A stretch of DNA of 63,651 nucleotides, the filler included, from Deltaproteobacteria bacterium (GTDB taxonomy: Bacteria > JAUYMQ01): the NCBI GenBank assembly GCA_030698575.1. It is 13 parts of 13 records of this genome, joined end to end, with 100 filler letters (N's around TTAATTAATTAA, not from the genome) between each part and the next. Parts side by side here need not be neighbours in the genome. Positions count along the whole stretch, not along the records: positions 60,890 to 63,651 come from JAUYMQ010000163.1; 12 more parts are not named here. One strand, given 5' to 3'. Within the stretch, counting starts at the first letter, position 1, and every line of letters begins with the position of its first letter. Made by a program: the position numbers and the translations under genes. The notes below the pieces were generated by a model. It made no database searches. It saw only the letters and a list, made by a program, of their open reading frames with translations, and had not been told where the DNA came from. Below, in pieces: positions 63,238 through 63,651 of this stretch.

Positions 63238-63651
63238 CTATTCCCCCTGCGTTATGAGCACGACACGGTCTGGCGCGACCAGTTTGCATTTCCCCATCAG
63301 CGCAAGGCTCTCGAGCGCTGACATCACATGGGACGGCCTCTGGTCTCTTCCACCGGGAGGAAGCGGCGTTGCCGCCCTGTAGGCATCGATCACGTCCTGC
63401 ACGAGCGCACCCAAGTTATCCGGCCGCTGCTCGTCCTGAATTGCCCGGAGCACGAGGTCCATGCGCTTCCCGAGGCGCTTCGCCTTCTCGCGCGGGGCGA
63501 CCGCCTCCGTGTGCTCGACAACGCAGCTCGAGATATCGTCCCCATCCTCATCCATCCCGACCGAGACCGTTTTCAGCACGAACCCGAAGATCCTCCCGTC
63601 CTCCCCGTCCTTCAGCTTCGAGACTCGCGCTGTCCGGTTCTCGTCCTCGCG
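63238..63651 (-). CDS. C-terminus of phage RepA/AAA_25-type helicase, 5'-truncated
   Basis: KLKDGEDG..FGF.L..V.VG.DEDGDDISSCVV motif; frame open to window end. Confidence 0.68.
   Translation of the reverse strand, partial: REDENRTARVSKLKDGEDGRIFGFVLKTVSVGMDEDGDDISSCVVEHTEAVAPREKAKRLGKRMDLVLRAIQDEQRPDNLGALVQDVIDAYRAATPLPPGGRDQRPSHVMSALESLALMGKCKLVAPDRVVLITQGE

Overview
The window is 13 separate GC-rich contigs joined by artificial 100-nt spacers (N44-TTAATTAATTAA-N44), so nothing can be inferred across the gaps. Contigs: 1-5909 (Ca/Na antiporter, hydrolases, acs, pgeF); 6010-9675 (lptD, GMC oxidoreductase pair); 9776-14636 (cyclic beta-1,2-glucan synthase fragment); 14737-19702 (heme-copper oxidase operon); 19803-22727 (phage small terminase followed by a split transketolase); 22828-25772 (heptose kinase, DUF4388, HTH-TPR regulator); 25873-29093 (AbiEi/AbiEii with hsdR and IS91 remnants); 29194-33362 (lipoprotein, ExbB/ExbD-type pair); 33463-37948 (carA-X-carB); 38049-54116 (LPS/surface-glycan cluster); 54217-57570 (fbiC, npdG); 57671-60789 and 60890-63651 (two phage-like accessory contigs). 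It looks like a fragmented metagenomic bin, possibly of mixed origin. Main highlights: (i) a phage array of unrelated small genes whose junctions carry a shared motif that encodes PDRGEE, supplies the next gene's Shine-Dalgarno and could be a recombination boundary; (ii) in the other phage contig, two interlocked 20-bp repeats that make a chimeric 10-codon ORF, apparently a snapshot of cassette accretion; (iii) an A-family oxidase with an intact catalytic centre and D-channel but concerted loss of K-channel residues, including a natural K362M equivalent; (iv) a split transketolase translationally coupled into a phage packaging operon; (v) an AbiEii toxin fused to a WYL-like domain and a zinc finger. 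All family assignments are from motif recognition by eye, not database searches.
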